DNA from: Octopus vulgaris
Lineage: Eukaryota
Length of the DNA: 64,000 bases
Reading direction: 5' to 3'
Assembly: GCA_951406725.2 (NCBI GenBank)
Contig: OX597817.1
Location: 85,994,001 to 86,058,000 of the forward strand
The notes under the pieces are model-generated. The model was not told where the DNA came from, searched no databases, and saw only the letters and a program-made list of their open reading frames with translations. The stretch's first letter is position 1, and each line of letters starts with the position of its first letter. The position numbers and the translations under genes are program-made. Shown here piece after piece: positions 1 to 12,568 of this stretch.

Positions 1-2288
1 GGTATATCAGACGAAATGTGTTAACAACAAACAAGATGAGGACAAATATCCGTCAATTGTAAATAATGTAAATTTAATGTGTTACTTGGTAATTACAATG
101 AAAACTTTAGGCTAGTTTCAATCTGTTGGATGGAATTCCTTAAAACCTGCCATTTTTCAGTACTTGCCAGAGGTAGTAATACTTGAGGTTCTTTATATTG
201 ATGCATAAAAAATGCAAATGAGTTGGCATGACAACATAATGACTAAGAGAAATTATTTAGAGAATTTATCCATATGAAACAATAGTTAAATGCGTACTAA
301 TATAGTTAATGTTGTGAGCAAATATTTTTCTCACTATAATTAAAATTATCATTAGGAATAGAAAACATAGGCCTTCTGACTAATGGTAATCAAATCTGAT
401 CAAGGTGAAAGGGATAACAACTCTGAAACTGATATAAATTTAAATTACAATTTCTCATTCAGTGAGATGAATACAGGTAAAGGCTTCATAATTTCACCTA
501 ACCTATTTTCCTAACTTCAGCTTAGACTCCATCATTATTATTATCATTGTTGTCATCACTTTACACCTTTCCATGCTGGCATGGGTTAGATGGATCATCA
601 CAGTCCAAATCATTTCTTATTGAGAGCTACTGCTCCTAAAGACTTATGCTCATACATGTCACTGAGCTTGGTTTGTAAGGCTAGATGCTCTTCGTAACAC
701 TAACCACTTTACAGAGTGTCCTAGGGGTATTTTCTCATGAAAACAACACAAGTACTCAGTAACCTAAGATGCAAACTGAAGAGGAGAACAGGAGAGTGAG
801 CAATGATCAGAAGCAGGTAGTTTGGAGGTGGAGAGGAGTTTAAGTGTAGAGAGTACTTAACAGCCTAGGGAATGTACATTTGCACAGATGGACTAGGAGG
901 AGGATCGTGAAGAGAGTAAGACATCAAAAGGGTCAGAATAGTTGAGAGGGTGGAAGGGAGCAGGGGATATTAGAGGGAAGAGTTGGTAGAGAAATGATTG
1001 CATGAACCATATATCTTTCACTCATCCTTTTCATACATTCAATCCAAAACATTGTTGACAGGATAAGTGCAGCATCTGTTTTCTTCAAATAAAATTTTTT
1101 AAAAGTTTGTCTAGATTTTGAAGGAATAATATTAATACTTTTCTTCTATTAACAGCCCAAAATGTTATGCAAACTCCTTATAATCCGTAGTCTGCATTCT
1201 TTCTTATATACTCACTGTCTTCTGCTTTAAGAGTATGCTCTAACACCTGCCACCAACATTTTTATCTTCTTACTAGCTACTCCTACCCATTTCTATGCAA
1301 TGCTAGACAACTATGTATCTCTTCTATAGCAAGACACCTGTGCCTGTCTCTCTATGATACTTTTAGCCACCTCTACCTCTTCTACAACCCCTACTCAGTT
1401 GAGGACACATCTTCCTTTTCTTTGTCTTACAAGTTACTTGATGACCTCACAAGTGTCAATGTCATGAAAACAGCACCCAGTGCACTCTCTCAAGTGAAGT
1501 GCATCCAACTGTAGAAACCATGCTGTAACAGACATCAGAGCTCAACACTGTCCTCTGGGTCTTTGGATCCTGTCAAATCATTCATCCCATGCCAACATGG
1601 AAGGTGGACATTAAATGATGATAATGCAATAGTGTTACTTCTATTATGGAATTTCTGGAAGAAGGAGATGCAGGAATACATGGGACAAATTAGCGAAGGT
1701 TGATCTTAGGACCTTGAACCTCATAGAGGAGATGTAGATTGGGCTCTCTCTCTCTCTCTCTCTCTCAGCTTTGGTGAATGCCAGTGTTTGTTTAGGTGTC
1801 TTCTCCATACTCTTCTTTTTCTACATTAATGACCGTCTTACTGTTATTTCTAGCTATACATGCACTTACATGCAGATGATACCACTTTTCATTTTATCTT
1901 AAATTTCTTCATGAAGAAAGACTTCAAAACTGTTCTTCAATAGTGATATGACAAACAAGGCTTCAACAATAACAACAATAAGATACAGTTACCACATGCA
2001 TTAAAGAATTAGTCCTACACTCTTTGCACATGACATGAACAAAACAAATTCCAAATGATCATGCAATGCCATTAAAACTAAGCCCAATTCCATTTCTAAA
2101 CATCTGAGATGAATTATTGCCAAAAACGGTTTTTAATTTCTTGTATATCATTCTGTTGTCAAAGCACCATAATGTTAGAAGCTGAAGTAGTAACAATTCT
2201 GTAGAATTCTAATAGTGGTTAGAATAAGGTTATAAACTTGAAATATTCATGTTGAAATAGCTTTTATCTTTTATCTGTTTTAATTATT

Positions 2289-2620
2289 TCAGCCATACGG
2301 TCTACCTTTTACTCTGAGGCTCTTTGTCACCAGCAGAGGTAGGAGCTCTCTGAACTTTGCCCTGGCTATTCTTATTCTAGCAGCTGCACTCTCAGAGCAT
2401 CCACCCCTGCTACTGACTTGGTCACCTCGGTAATGGAAGCTATCAACTACTTCTAGTTTTTCCCCCTGGCATGTGATGGAATCTGTTTTCTGCACATTTT
2501 CAGTGTTATTGCCACACTAAAAACTATCTTTCAAGTTAGCCTTCCTTTGATATTACTGCACCTCTTATGTGTCCGTAGCTTACACCAGGTACATCTCATG
2601 GAATGTCTACCTATGCCTTC
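2289..2620 (-). mobile_element. RTE-clade LINE ORF fragment (end of RT domain)
   Basis: Translation LEVVDSFHYRGDQVSSRGGCSESAAARIRIARAKFRELLPLL...RVKGR matches the C-terminal RT/thumb region of RTE-type LINEs. Confidence 0.85.
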
Positions 2621-2646
2621 TCTTGTCTATTATTGTTGTTGTTGTT

Positions 2647-2865
2647 AAGGCAGCAAGCTGGCAAAATCATTAGCTCACCAAGCAAAATACTTAGTGGTTT
2701 TTCATACATCGCTATGTTCTGAGTTCAAATTCTGCCATGGTCGACTGTGCTTTTCATCCTTTTGGGGTCGATAAAATAAGTACCAGTTCAACATTGGAGT
2801 TGATGTAATCGACTCATCCCCTCCCCCAAAATGGCTGTCCTTGTGGCAAAATTTGAAACCATTAT
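2647..2865 (+). mobile_element. tRNA-derived SINE, family A
   Basis: aaggcagcaagctggca...gagttcaaattc (B box)...cttttcatcctttTggggtcgataaaataagtacca...aaatttgaaacc followed by (att)n; many copies in the window. Confidence 0.85.
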
Positions 2866-3729
2866 TTATTATCAATAATATTAATATGCCAACTTGTTGC
2901 TTTTGTACGTCTGTACCTGTGGTGTGTGTCACACTTACCTCAAAGGAAGAAGTGAGTGGCAAAGCAGGAGAGAGGAAGTGAGAGAGAAAGAGACTGAGTG
3001 AGAGAGACAGTGAGTGGTGATGGCATTCGTTTTGTGTTTTAAATATTTATCACTTCACAAGAAAAGTTTATACATTGATACATACACACAGTGTTAAATT
3101 AAAAGTGGGAGAGAGGAAGGACACAGAGGAAGTGTGAGAGACAGTAGATACATAAATCAAAAGAAAGTTGATACACAGATACAGAGACACATTGTTAAAT
3201 CAAAGGCAACTACAGCAAATATTGGATATCACTTTCACTTTTCATTACAACACGAGGATAAAATTAACACACAAGTGACTGAGTACTCAAACAGGCATGT
3301 ATACCATTAACATAGTTCTCAGGGAGATTCAGCCTCACACAGAATATGACAAAGTTGGCCCCTTTGAATTACAGCTACAACTCATTTTGGCCAGCTGAAT
3401 GGAATGAAGCAAGATAAACCTTCAAGTGATTGGAAGAAAATGGGAAAAGAGCCTATATAGGGGCAGGAAAATCTTTTTAGTCGTTAGGGTCACTATGTGT
3501 GTTAATCCAATCCTAACAGCAACATTTGTGGGTCTCACAGATCTGGAGGCCAAGTCTTCAAATAAACACTGATATGCAGGTTGTTGTTATCAAACTGAGT
3601 GTGAGTCAAGGGCGAATACACAATGGAATAGCAATTATTTTGTCTTAGCTTTCACTGCTTATACTAAACACATGACATTTTTGCCTTAAAATATGGAACA
3701 TTTCCTTTACTTTCACTCTTTTTAAAAAA

Positions 3730-4030
3730 TGGTATTCTTGACAGTTACGACAACAAGGTTCCTGTTTATCTGATCAACAGAACAGTCTGCTCATAAAATT
3801 AACATGCAAGTGGCTGAGTACTCCACAGACATACATACCAGAAGGTAGTTCTCTAGGAGATTCAGCCTCACACAAAATATGACAAGGCTGGCCCCTTTGA
3901 ATTACAGCTACAATTCATTTTTGCCAGTTGAGTGGACTGCAGCAAGGCGAAGTAGAGCACCTTGCTCAAGAACACAGCGCACCACAGGGAATCATGATCA
4001 TGGGCTGAATACCCTAACCATTGAGCTATG
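3730..4030 (-). mobile_element. SINE family D (partial copy also at about 3260-3415)
   Basis: Homologous to the copy at 61905-62208 (aaattaacatgcaagtggctgag...ggcccctttgaattaca...ttgctcaag). Confidence 0.75.
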
Positions 4031-4539
4031 TACTGTCACTCTCTTAACAGTAGAGAAAAGGAGTGAAGTGATAGAGACGGAGAAAGGAAAGCATCAGTCA
4101 TTTACAGTGACAATTAGACTGAAATACGATCGATCTTTTCTAGCATCTTTACTTTTAACAATGAAGAAGAGGGAAAGACATTTAGTAATGAGTAGAGGGA
4201 AAGTCTTTTAGGTATTTACATTTTTATTCTGGAAGTTCTAAAATGATCAAGTATTAGTTCTCTCTTCTTTCTCCCACCCCCAGTACTTATTCACCTTCTT
4301 TCATATTTCTTCATGTCTTTTAGTTGGCAGAACGACCATGTTTATTTTTCCGACAGTTTAACGTTTTCTCTACAAACAAGTCCGCCTCCCTTTTTTTTCC
4401 ATGCAAAAACTAATACAAATTGTGAACAGGGCCTAACTGTGAAAAGAGCACAGAAAAATGAGTAATATCGCCTACAAAATGGGTGGGGAAGAAAAGTTGC
4501 CAATAACTGGCTACAGGAAATTCAACTCTTTATTTTAAA

Positions 4540-4810
4540 GAGTATCTTCTACTATAGCCTCAAGCCAATCAAAGGCTCATAAGTGAATTTGGTAGACGGA
4601 AACTGAAAGAAGCCTGTCATGTGTGGTGTGTTTGTGTTTGCCCCCACCACCACCACCACCATTGTTTGACAGTAAATAAGCTGTTCAGTAGAAGAGACTG
4701 ATAGAATAAGCACCAGGCTTACAGGAAATAAGTCCAGGGGTCAATTTTTTCAACTAAAGGGTGGTGCTCCAGCATGGCCACCGTCAAATGACTAAAACAA
4801 GTAAAAGAAT
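4540..4810 (+). mobile_element. SINE family B 3' part and associated repeat
   Basis: tcttctactatagcctc...tttggtagacggaaactgaaagaagcc is shared with copies at 14345, 15860, 35240 and 58055. Confidence 0.7.
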
Positions 4811-5279
4811 ACCAGAAGAACGTTTCGTACCACCCAAGAAGGTTCTTTAAATATGTACGATGTATTTTAAGGCTAAATAGTTATTATAGTTGTTATACTA
4901 TCAATACACAGATACTAATTTTTAAGAATTCTTCCCATCATTTCAGCCAGTTAGAACTCCATTCAGTAATTTATTTTGTTATAACTTTGTTATTGATGTT
5001 GTCTTGCTTACTATGAGATTATTTTGCTTAGAAACACCTCTGGAAAAGGGATGTTTACAGTGATAATACTTTAGTTACTTGGAAAAACAAAGATTTTGAA
5101 TTTGTTTCAAAAAGTTTTTTAATGCTGAAAAAAGATGTAATATTAGTAACTGACAATGGAGAGCGTTATCCATTCCAGAGGGAACTATGATGGACTCTGG
5201 CAATGGAACATGACATCAATGGCAAGTCAGTGACAGCTGAAACAAGTTTACCATCATATCAAGTGTAACAGAATTTTGT

Positions 5280-5555
5280 CCAGTATCAGTGACTATGGTA
5301 ACAAACAAAACAAAGACTGCAACAGCAACAACAACAGTAATGACAGCAGCAAGGCCAACAATAACAACCACATTATTGAAAACATGAATAACAGCAGCAA
5401 GAAGGAGAATGAAAGCAACAGTGTCAAGAATGAGATCATCAACAGTTTAAAGTTAAATAACTACAGCAGTAAAATCAGCAGAAACTGTCCCCAAAACTGT
5501 ATCAATGAGAACAAAAGCAACAATGGCAACAGTAGCAGCAATGACAACAATGCCT
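5280..5555. repeat. Degenerate (AAC/AGC)n low-complexity tract
   Basis: Decayed trinucleotide repeat that produces an N/S-rich spurious ORF. Confidence 0.75.
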
Positions 5556-5671
5556 GGGGTCAATAAAATAAGGTACAAGTCATGTACTAGGGTCAATCTA
5601 ATTGACTAACATTTCTTCCCCTGAAAATTGCTGGTTTTGTACCAGAATTTGAAATCATCATTATTATTATT

Positions 5672-6232
5672 GAATGAGAGAGCAGTGCATGCCATCAAAG
5701 TGACACTGGGGTAAAATATACGAAGCCCAGTATACCCATCATAACTACCCATCAGATTAAGGTACACCAGGCACATCAATCACAACCATATGTATGCAAC
5801 ATGGTGATCCCATATCAAAATAAACAGTGCATGACCTTGCAAGGGCCCAGTTAGAATTTTCTTCAGGTTGAGTAGTCAATCCTGCTCAAAAGGTCCCTGA
5901 ATAAAAGTTGTTTAAAGATGTTGAATGAAACACCCATATTTCCAAAGGTGAATTATCCAAACCCCAAAGAATACCTTTTAACACATGGCTATGATGCTCC
6001 CCCACTACTTCTGCTCGTGATCAGAGATGCACATATCATCAGCCACTAAGGGACATGCTCAACTGGTTATGATCAAACAGCTGACAAGCAAATCTGTGGT
6101 ATTGAGCAGAATATTTGCTGTAGCTCATCTTTTATATCAAGACAAAACAATGTACATGATAACACTTCTTATCAGTTAAGATTGGAAGCCATGAGAGCCA
6201 TTGGCTGGTACTGCATCAGGGCATATCATCGG
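5672..6232. mobile_element. Unclassified insert of about 560 bp between an (ATT)n tail and a (CAT)n tract
   Basis: Higher-GC block between SINE A pieces and bounded by microsatellites. Family not determined. Confidence 0.45.
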
Positions 6233-6241
6233 CTGCAGTGG

Positions 6242-6273
<32 letters not shown>

Positions 6274-6274
<1 letters not shown>

Positions 6275-7580
6275 AGCTGGTGATTTGGCAGAATCGTTAG
6301 TACACCAGGCAAAATGCTTAGTGGCATTTTGTCCGTCTTTACATTCTGAGTTCAAATTCTGCCGAGGTCTACTTTGCTTTTCATCCTTTCTGGGTTGATA
6401 AATTAAGTACCAGTGAAACACTGGGGAAGGATTATTATTATTATTATTATTATTAAGGTGATAAGTTGGCAGAATTATTAGCATGCTGGGCAAAATGCTT
6501 AGCGGCATTTCATTCATCTTTATGTTCTAAGTTCTAATTCTGCCAAGGTCAACTTTGCCCGCCATTCTTTTGTTCTTTTGGGGTCAGTAAAATAAGTACC
6601 AGCTGAGGACTGGGGTTGATGTAATCAATTCAGTCCCTCCCTCAATCTTGCTGGCCTTGCGCCAACATTTGAAATCATCATTATCATCATCATTATTATT
6701 AAGGCTGCAAGCCGGCAGAACCATTAGCAAGCTGCACGGAATGCTTGGCAGTATTTTGCCCATCGCGACATTCTGAGTTCAAATTCCCCTGAAGTTAACT
6801 TTGCCTATCATCCTTTTGGGGTCAATAAATTAAGTACCAGTGAAACACTGGGGTCGATATAATTGACTAATCTCTTGCCCAGACTTTTCAGGCCTTGTGC
6901 CTTTAATACAAAAGATTATAATTATTATTAAGGTGGTAAGCTGGCAGAAATGTTAGCATGCTGGGTGAAATGCTTAGTGGCATTTTGTCTGTCTTTATGT
7001 TCTGAGTTCAAATTCTGCTGAGGTCGACTTTGCCTATCATCCTTTCGGGGCCAATAAATTAAGTACCACTGAAACATTGGAGTCAATGTAATTGACTAGT
7101 CCCCTACCCTAAAATTTCAGGCCTTCTACCTTGAGTAGATAGGATTATTATAATTATAAAAGTGGCAAGCTGGTAGAATTGTTAACATGTCAGTGGCATT
7201 TTCACCTGAGTCCCAATGCTGCTGGGGTCAACTTTGCCTTTCATCTTTCAGGGTTGATAAAATAAGTACTAGTTGAACACTGGGGTTGATATAATCAACT
7301 TACTTCCTCCCTCAAAACTGTTGGCCTTGTGCCAAAATTTGAAACCATTAATATTTTATGGCAGTGAGGTAGAAGAATTGTTGGTGTTTCAAAAAGATGT
7401 TTCGCAGTATTTGCTCCAGTTCTTTATATTCTGAGTTCAAATCCTACCACAGTCAGTTTGCCTCTCATTCTTTCAAGGTTGATAAAGAAAGTACTAGGCA
7501 AGTACTGAAGTTGATGGTATCAGCTTGCCTTCTTCCCCCTCAAATTGCTGGCCCTGTACCTAAATTAGAAACCATTATTA
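6274..7580 (+). mobile_element. Head-to-tail chain of six SINE family A copies
   Basis: Copies start at about 6274, 6455, 6701, 6930, 7158 and 7358, separated by (ATT)n/(ATC)n tails. Confidence 0.9.
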
Positions 7581-8100
7581 ATGCTGAGTCTTTGTATTTA
7601 TTTATGTTGTATTTTTGATAATAACTTCAGCTTATTTGACACCAAGTTTCTCCCATTCTTTGTAGTTAGTTTTCATAGAGTGATATTAAAAATAGACTTC
7701 TTTTATGCCAGAAATATAGAACAAGGCATTGTAAATGAGAGGTGTAAACAATTTCAGTTTAGCAATTTATTGAAAATATTTCTTAATTAACTACAAGTGT
7801 TTTCTAATTCCGTAAAATTTCTTTGTGTGTGTGTGTGTGTATGGGGGGGGGTATGGGCAGTTGTAAATAATCGATACTTTTCAAATCTTATTCCCATTTT
7901 TCTGTTGTATTATCCTAACAATTTTAAAGTGGCTGAAAATAAGGACAGATATGAAAACAATCTCTTTAATGACAATACTCAGAAATCTTGTTTTATTTAC
8001 AATGTTTCTTCACCATGTATAGTCCAAATACTTTGAGATAATGGTTTCAAATTTTGGCACAAGGCCAACAATTTTAGGGGAAGGGATAACTGTGTATTAA

Positions 8101-8321
8101 ACCTTTTGATACAAACACATCCAAGGCTGCCTGTGGTTTTATGATACATGATTCTTGTTTCAAAATGGTCTAAGTTGAATTTTTGCTTTAAAATTTCATG
8201 TTATTCTATGTTCAAAATACCAGCTTAATAATAGCAAAGTTATTTTATTTAATTTTTCATTATTTTCAAAATTAATTGAAAAGAAGCAGTGTATTGCAAT
8301 AGAAATATGGTAACAAAAGGG
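8101..8321. mobile_element. piggyBac-like non-autonomous MITE
   Basis: TTAA|(a)CCTTTTGATAC...GTAACAAAAGGG|TTAA; same family as 15564 and 56422. Confidence 0.75.
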
Positions 8322-8723
8322 TTAAATCCACAAGAGGTAGATTCTTTTCATTTCATTGTCCACACCAACAATATTATTCCGTTAATCATTTGTTTACATG
8401 TGATGTCACTAGTTTATTCACTTGAACCACAGTATATATATATATATATATTGGGAGTTGGGGCAAATGACTGCCATCTCTAGCAGACAGGTGTCCAGTA
8501 TTGAGGAAGAGCAAATATCCTGAAACCAGGCTGGTCTACTGGTCCTGTCAAATCACTAGATGGTAAGAGTTTGCTTCCCTGCTTGCAATATATCAGACAC
8601 AGCTTGTTTTGTTAACCAACTGGAGAAGGTGTTCTCCTGGAGTTAAAAAAGATTAGTAATTTTGCGCCGTTCCGTATGGAACAGTCATATTGAAATGGCA
8701 ACAAACAAACAAACACACACACA

Positions 8724-9612
8724 CAGGTGTTGGATAGAATAATGGAAACACTACACCATTTTTATATAGCTATTTTTTCTACTGGTAATGTAATAAATTC
8801 AAAACAGTTCTAGCCTGTAATTATGTGTTCATATACATTACACATACCTTGTACCTCAGGATATAGTCCTCTGTTTCACCTTTTTTGTAGATATTATATT
8901 TAAATGAGTACATAACCTATATAATTTTCAAATAAGATTAATTGTTGGTACATGGATCGCTGGAGTTTCAGTAACCAAAACTACTGAATATTTTAATGAT
9001 TCAGGAGATACAGTCTCTAAAATCATGTTGGCATTCCAAAACTGAGGTAAAACCAGATCTGGCAAATATAATTTTGAACAGAAGGCAAAGCTCACAGAAA
9101 GGGACAGCACAACAGTGAAAAGTATTGTATCTAAAAACAATCAAACTACAGCAGCAAAAATGACAGCAGAGCTAAACCAACTTGTTAGCCCTATGTCAAC
9201 TAAAATTGTTTGTTGTATGCTCTACAAAGCTGGATACCATGTGAGGATTGCAATTCCTAAACCTCTCCTATCCCCCATCAGTATTGATAAGCAGAGAAAA
9301 CGGTGTTTAGACTATCACAAGTGGTCAATATCTAAATGAAACAATGTCAGCTTTCAGATGAATTATCATTCACCTTTTTTCCACTTCAGGGTGAGTTTAT
9401 ATCTGGAGACAGCACAAAGAAGCCTTCAACCCTAACTGTTTGATCCTTAGTGTGAAGCAAAAGCTTTGTGATGATTTGGGCAGCTATACCATAGAACATT
9501 TATAAGTCAATTCCTTGATGTATTAAAGTTGTGATAGCTACCAAATATGCACCAACCCTATTAAATAAAACTTCAATTTAACAAGTATTTCCATTATTTT
9601 ATCCAACCCCTG
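8724..9612 (+). mobile_element. Tc1-family DNA transposon, internally deleted and decayed
   Basis: 29-bp TIRs CAGGTGTTGGATAGAATAATGGAAACACT (8724-8752) and its near-complement (9584-9612), TA on the right side. Transposase remnants include TTAAKMTAELNQ, RIAIPKPLLS, DELSFT and VMIWAAI. Confidence 0.92.
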
Positions 9613-9959
9613 TACACACACACACACACATTGTTTGACTGACCTAGAAATTGAACTCATGCCCTCTAGCTTAACTATTACACTTAACCAATGTTTATGT
9701 TCACTGTCCAGTTATCATATAGTGAATATAAGTGTTAAGAGTAGAAATAAGGAGTATTGAGCTTTAACTTTTAATCAAATTTTATGTTTTTTCTAATTAA
9801 CCACTTCCAAATTAATTGAGTCTACTCAGTAGGCCTAGTATAATACTAGACCTACCGAGTAGACTCAGTATATGTACTGATTTTTTCAGTCATCTTAATC
9901 TTCCACTGTTCCCTATCATATTCACTTCTATAAGGATTACTGACTTGGTCTTTTTTCCT

Positions 9960-10535
9960 CTACAAATGTTTAGTCATTCACAATTGTAGCCAGAGATAAT
10001 TCTTCTGTCCTTGGCTGGCTCCTTGTACATAATCTTTCTGAGTCCATAGTGAATAATTGGCTCACAGCAGCAATGGAGATCCCACTTCTGACACCAGTTG
10101 TTATGTCACACATGGCCTCCTGAAGCCACAACAGTTTGTGTCTGATAACTCAGAAGACCACGTAGGCGAAGTTCAGCAAACCACCTTGCTTAGAGCAGAA
10201 GAAGCAGTATTCAAAGAAGTCAGAAGAGTTGAAAATAACAAATAAAACTGTTGAGTATATCCAAAATACATGAACTGTAATTAAGAGGCCAATAACATTT
10301 ATGGAATAAGTAAACAGTTCTTTCATTTACCTCTGAAATGTGTAGACTTCTTTTGGTGAGCTCTTCTTTTATTCATTAGTCTAGTGATTTATTTTCTACC
10401 TTTTTTATCTCTTTTTTTTCTTTTTGACTGGACTCTTGTTACTTCCGAATTCACAGTATCATTCCGCCTTCTTGATGTTGCCAAGTTCACTATTTTTGAG
10501 AAATTATCTGAATATAATTTCTCTTGTTTGTAACA
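9960..10535 (-). mobile_element. Ty3/Gypsy-type LTR 3' end, tRNA-Leu(CAA) primer-binding site and gag-like start
   Basis: Minus strand reads ...ACATAACA|AC|TGGTGTCAGAAGTGGGAT (10096-10079), an 18-nt complement of the tRNA-Leu(CAA) 3' end, then an ATG at 10047 (MDSERLCTRSQ...). The LTR 5' boundary (TGTTA at 10535) is tentative. Confidence 0.75.
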
Positions 10536-11573
10536 ATATTTTGTCCCACTTTTTATGCTAAGTTATCCCTTTCTCTCCCTGAAACCATTTCCTTTTGACA
10601 ATCAGCCTTCATTCCCACCTTATTTTGCAAGATCTACAAAGACATGATGAACCCATACTGAGACAGCCAGCCTTTCTAGCACTTCTGTGTCAGGTGTGTA
10701 GTGAGGCACAAGAAACCAGCGCCATTTTGTATGAGATCTTGCCAGTAGCCATTACCATGTCAGAGACAGGAGCGAGATCTCACCTGCAACCATTTTCCAT
10801 GCGCAAGATGACAGCAAGACTCTCAACGGCAACGACTATTTAAGCAGGAGAATTAAGACATTCTTTCTGTTTCTTCCTTCTTGCTTACACTGAGAAACAC
10901 TGCAAAGCTGGCAGCTCACAGCGGACTCTTATCCCGCTCTATCTTCACCTGTTATCTCCAGAGGTAATGGACCTCACGTGAACGGAGCTTAATGAACCAT
11001 GCACTGCCATAAAGATGGTCATTGGGAGTGAGCCACATGAATGAAAACTAAAAATAAACGACTATTGGATTGCACTCCACTTGTAAACTTCTTATTTTTT
11101 TCCAGTTCCTTAAGACTACAGAAATAATTGTAATGGGAGAAGGAGATACTCCACAGGTATCATAAATCTTCAATTCCATTATATAATGGTGACCCGTTCC
11201 AGCTCCTTGAAACTCCAAAACAATTATAATAGGAGAAGGAGATACTCCACAGGTATCATAAACCTTCAATTTCCTTATAAAATAGTAAACCTGACGGAAA
11301 AAGGATTTCGGCAGCTGCAAGCTTTATCGTTGTAGATGCCTCATCCGAACTACAGAATGGTAGAATTCACTTGCATTCTCAAACAAATGAATGAACATTC
11401 CATTACAAAATGACTCCCCTGACTTAGAATATGCATTCCCTTCCATAGTTCAGTGCCAGCTTTTATTCTACTTTAATGACCAACCGCTCTTTCTAATTTC
11501 ACCTCTTCGCTACAGAAATAGCTTCCTTTTATCGTCTATGTGTCACCCACAAAATGACTGGTGGGGGGCTATC

Positions 11574-12568
11574 TGTAGCGTACACTTGAGTGAAATGTCT
11601 CTCCTCCCTATTATATCTACATATGAACATAGTAGATAACAGCTAGCCTTTGGCCACATTTTGGACCCTGTTGTGTCCACTACTCTGATTGGTTGGTATT
11701 GGCGCAATTTGTCTCTTACTCTATTTGTGCCAATATGCAACCCAACCAATCGCAGCTTTCAAATAAGGTCATGTGTGAGAGCCTGTTTTCTATCCAGCTT
11801 TGAGCCTACAACTCCTTATAAAAACCTAACTTTTCTTTGTCTTGAGGTCTTTCGGTTCCAGACCTTTTAAGGTCTAGCCACTGACCACATGAGACACAGC
11901 CAGTTCCAGCGACAACACAACAGCAGCCATGTGGAGACTCATCAACTTCATCCAACAGCATTCGGTGACCTCCATCTTCATCACCACCATTTGTCCTAAC
12001 ATCAACATTTCTCTACTTACTCGCCCTGGTTACAACACTGCTCTGTTAGTGAATTACTTCGCTATGGATCAACAGCAAATATACAAGCTGTGAGAACTCC
12101 TGTACCAAGCGACCTAGGCAGCAGCATTACAGCCACAACTTCACGTACGACATGTACTGCAACTGGCTCTGTATCATCACTGCAACTTCTTGATACAATA
12201 TTTCAACTATTGTGTACAACTGACTACGAACTGGTATTTATCATTCTTGTGTCTATGAACTTACTCTTCATTTCGATGGCTATAGATTCTTTCACTGTTT
12301 CGTCTTCATTGCCATCCTTATATGTTAACATACATACATCTATGCTTACATACATCTTGTTCTTATGATAGCCTGTCTATTATTCTGTATATATGATGCA
12401 CACACAAACACACATTAACATATCAATAAATCTTCTCTTAAACATTCTACCCAGTTGTGTCTCTCATTTCCCTCTGGCACGTATATGTGTTGTTCTATTT
12501 ATATTTGTATCGACTGTGTGATGTACTAAGGAGCCATTCTCATCACGTCACTTCACACGGATGTCACA
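11574..12568 (+). mobile_element. LTR of about 1 kb, with an upstream PPT and a downstream tRNA-Trp-like PBS
   Basis: ggtgggggg PPT (11560-11568), TGTAGCG start, CCAAT and TATA (ccttataaaa at about 11815), AATAAA 12425-12430, ...TCACA end. Followed by a degenerate PBS tcagtgaccc, similar to the intact TGGTGACCCG at 11187. Confidence 0.65.

Noticed and set aside
5276-5566. 96-aa Asn/Ser-rich ORF
   Set aside because: Translation of a degenerate (AAC)n tract running into a SINE; no splice signals or domain.
6274-7580. Regularly spaced repeats that superficially resemble a CRISPR array or tRNA cluster
   Set aside because: Units are divergent SINEs of about 220 bp that also occur dispersed in the window. 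There are no unique spacers, no cas genes and no complete cloverleaf.
10079-10096. Match to the tRNA-Leu 3' end including CCA, as a possible tRNA gene
   Set aside because: Only 18 nt and directly after an LTR-like end, so it is a retroelement primer-binding site.
10331-10560. Lys/Arg-rich minus-strand reading frame ending at a good donor-like GAG|GTAAAT
   Set aside because: Has in-frame stops, no clear acceptor, and lies inside the putative LTR upstream of the Leu PBS.
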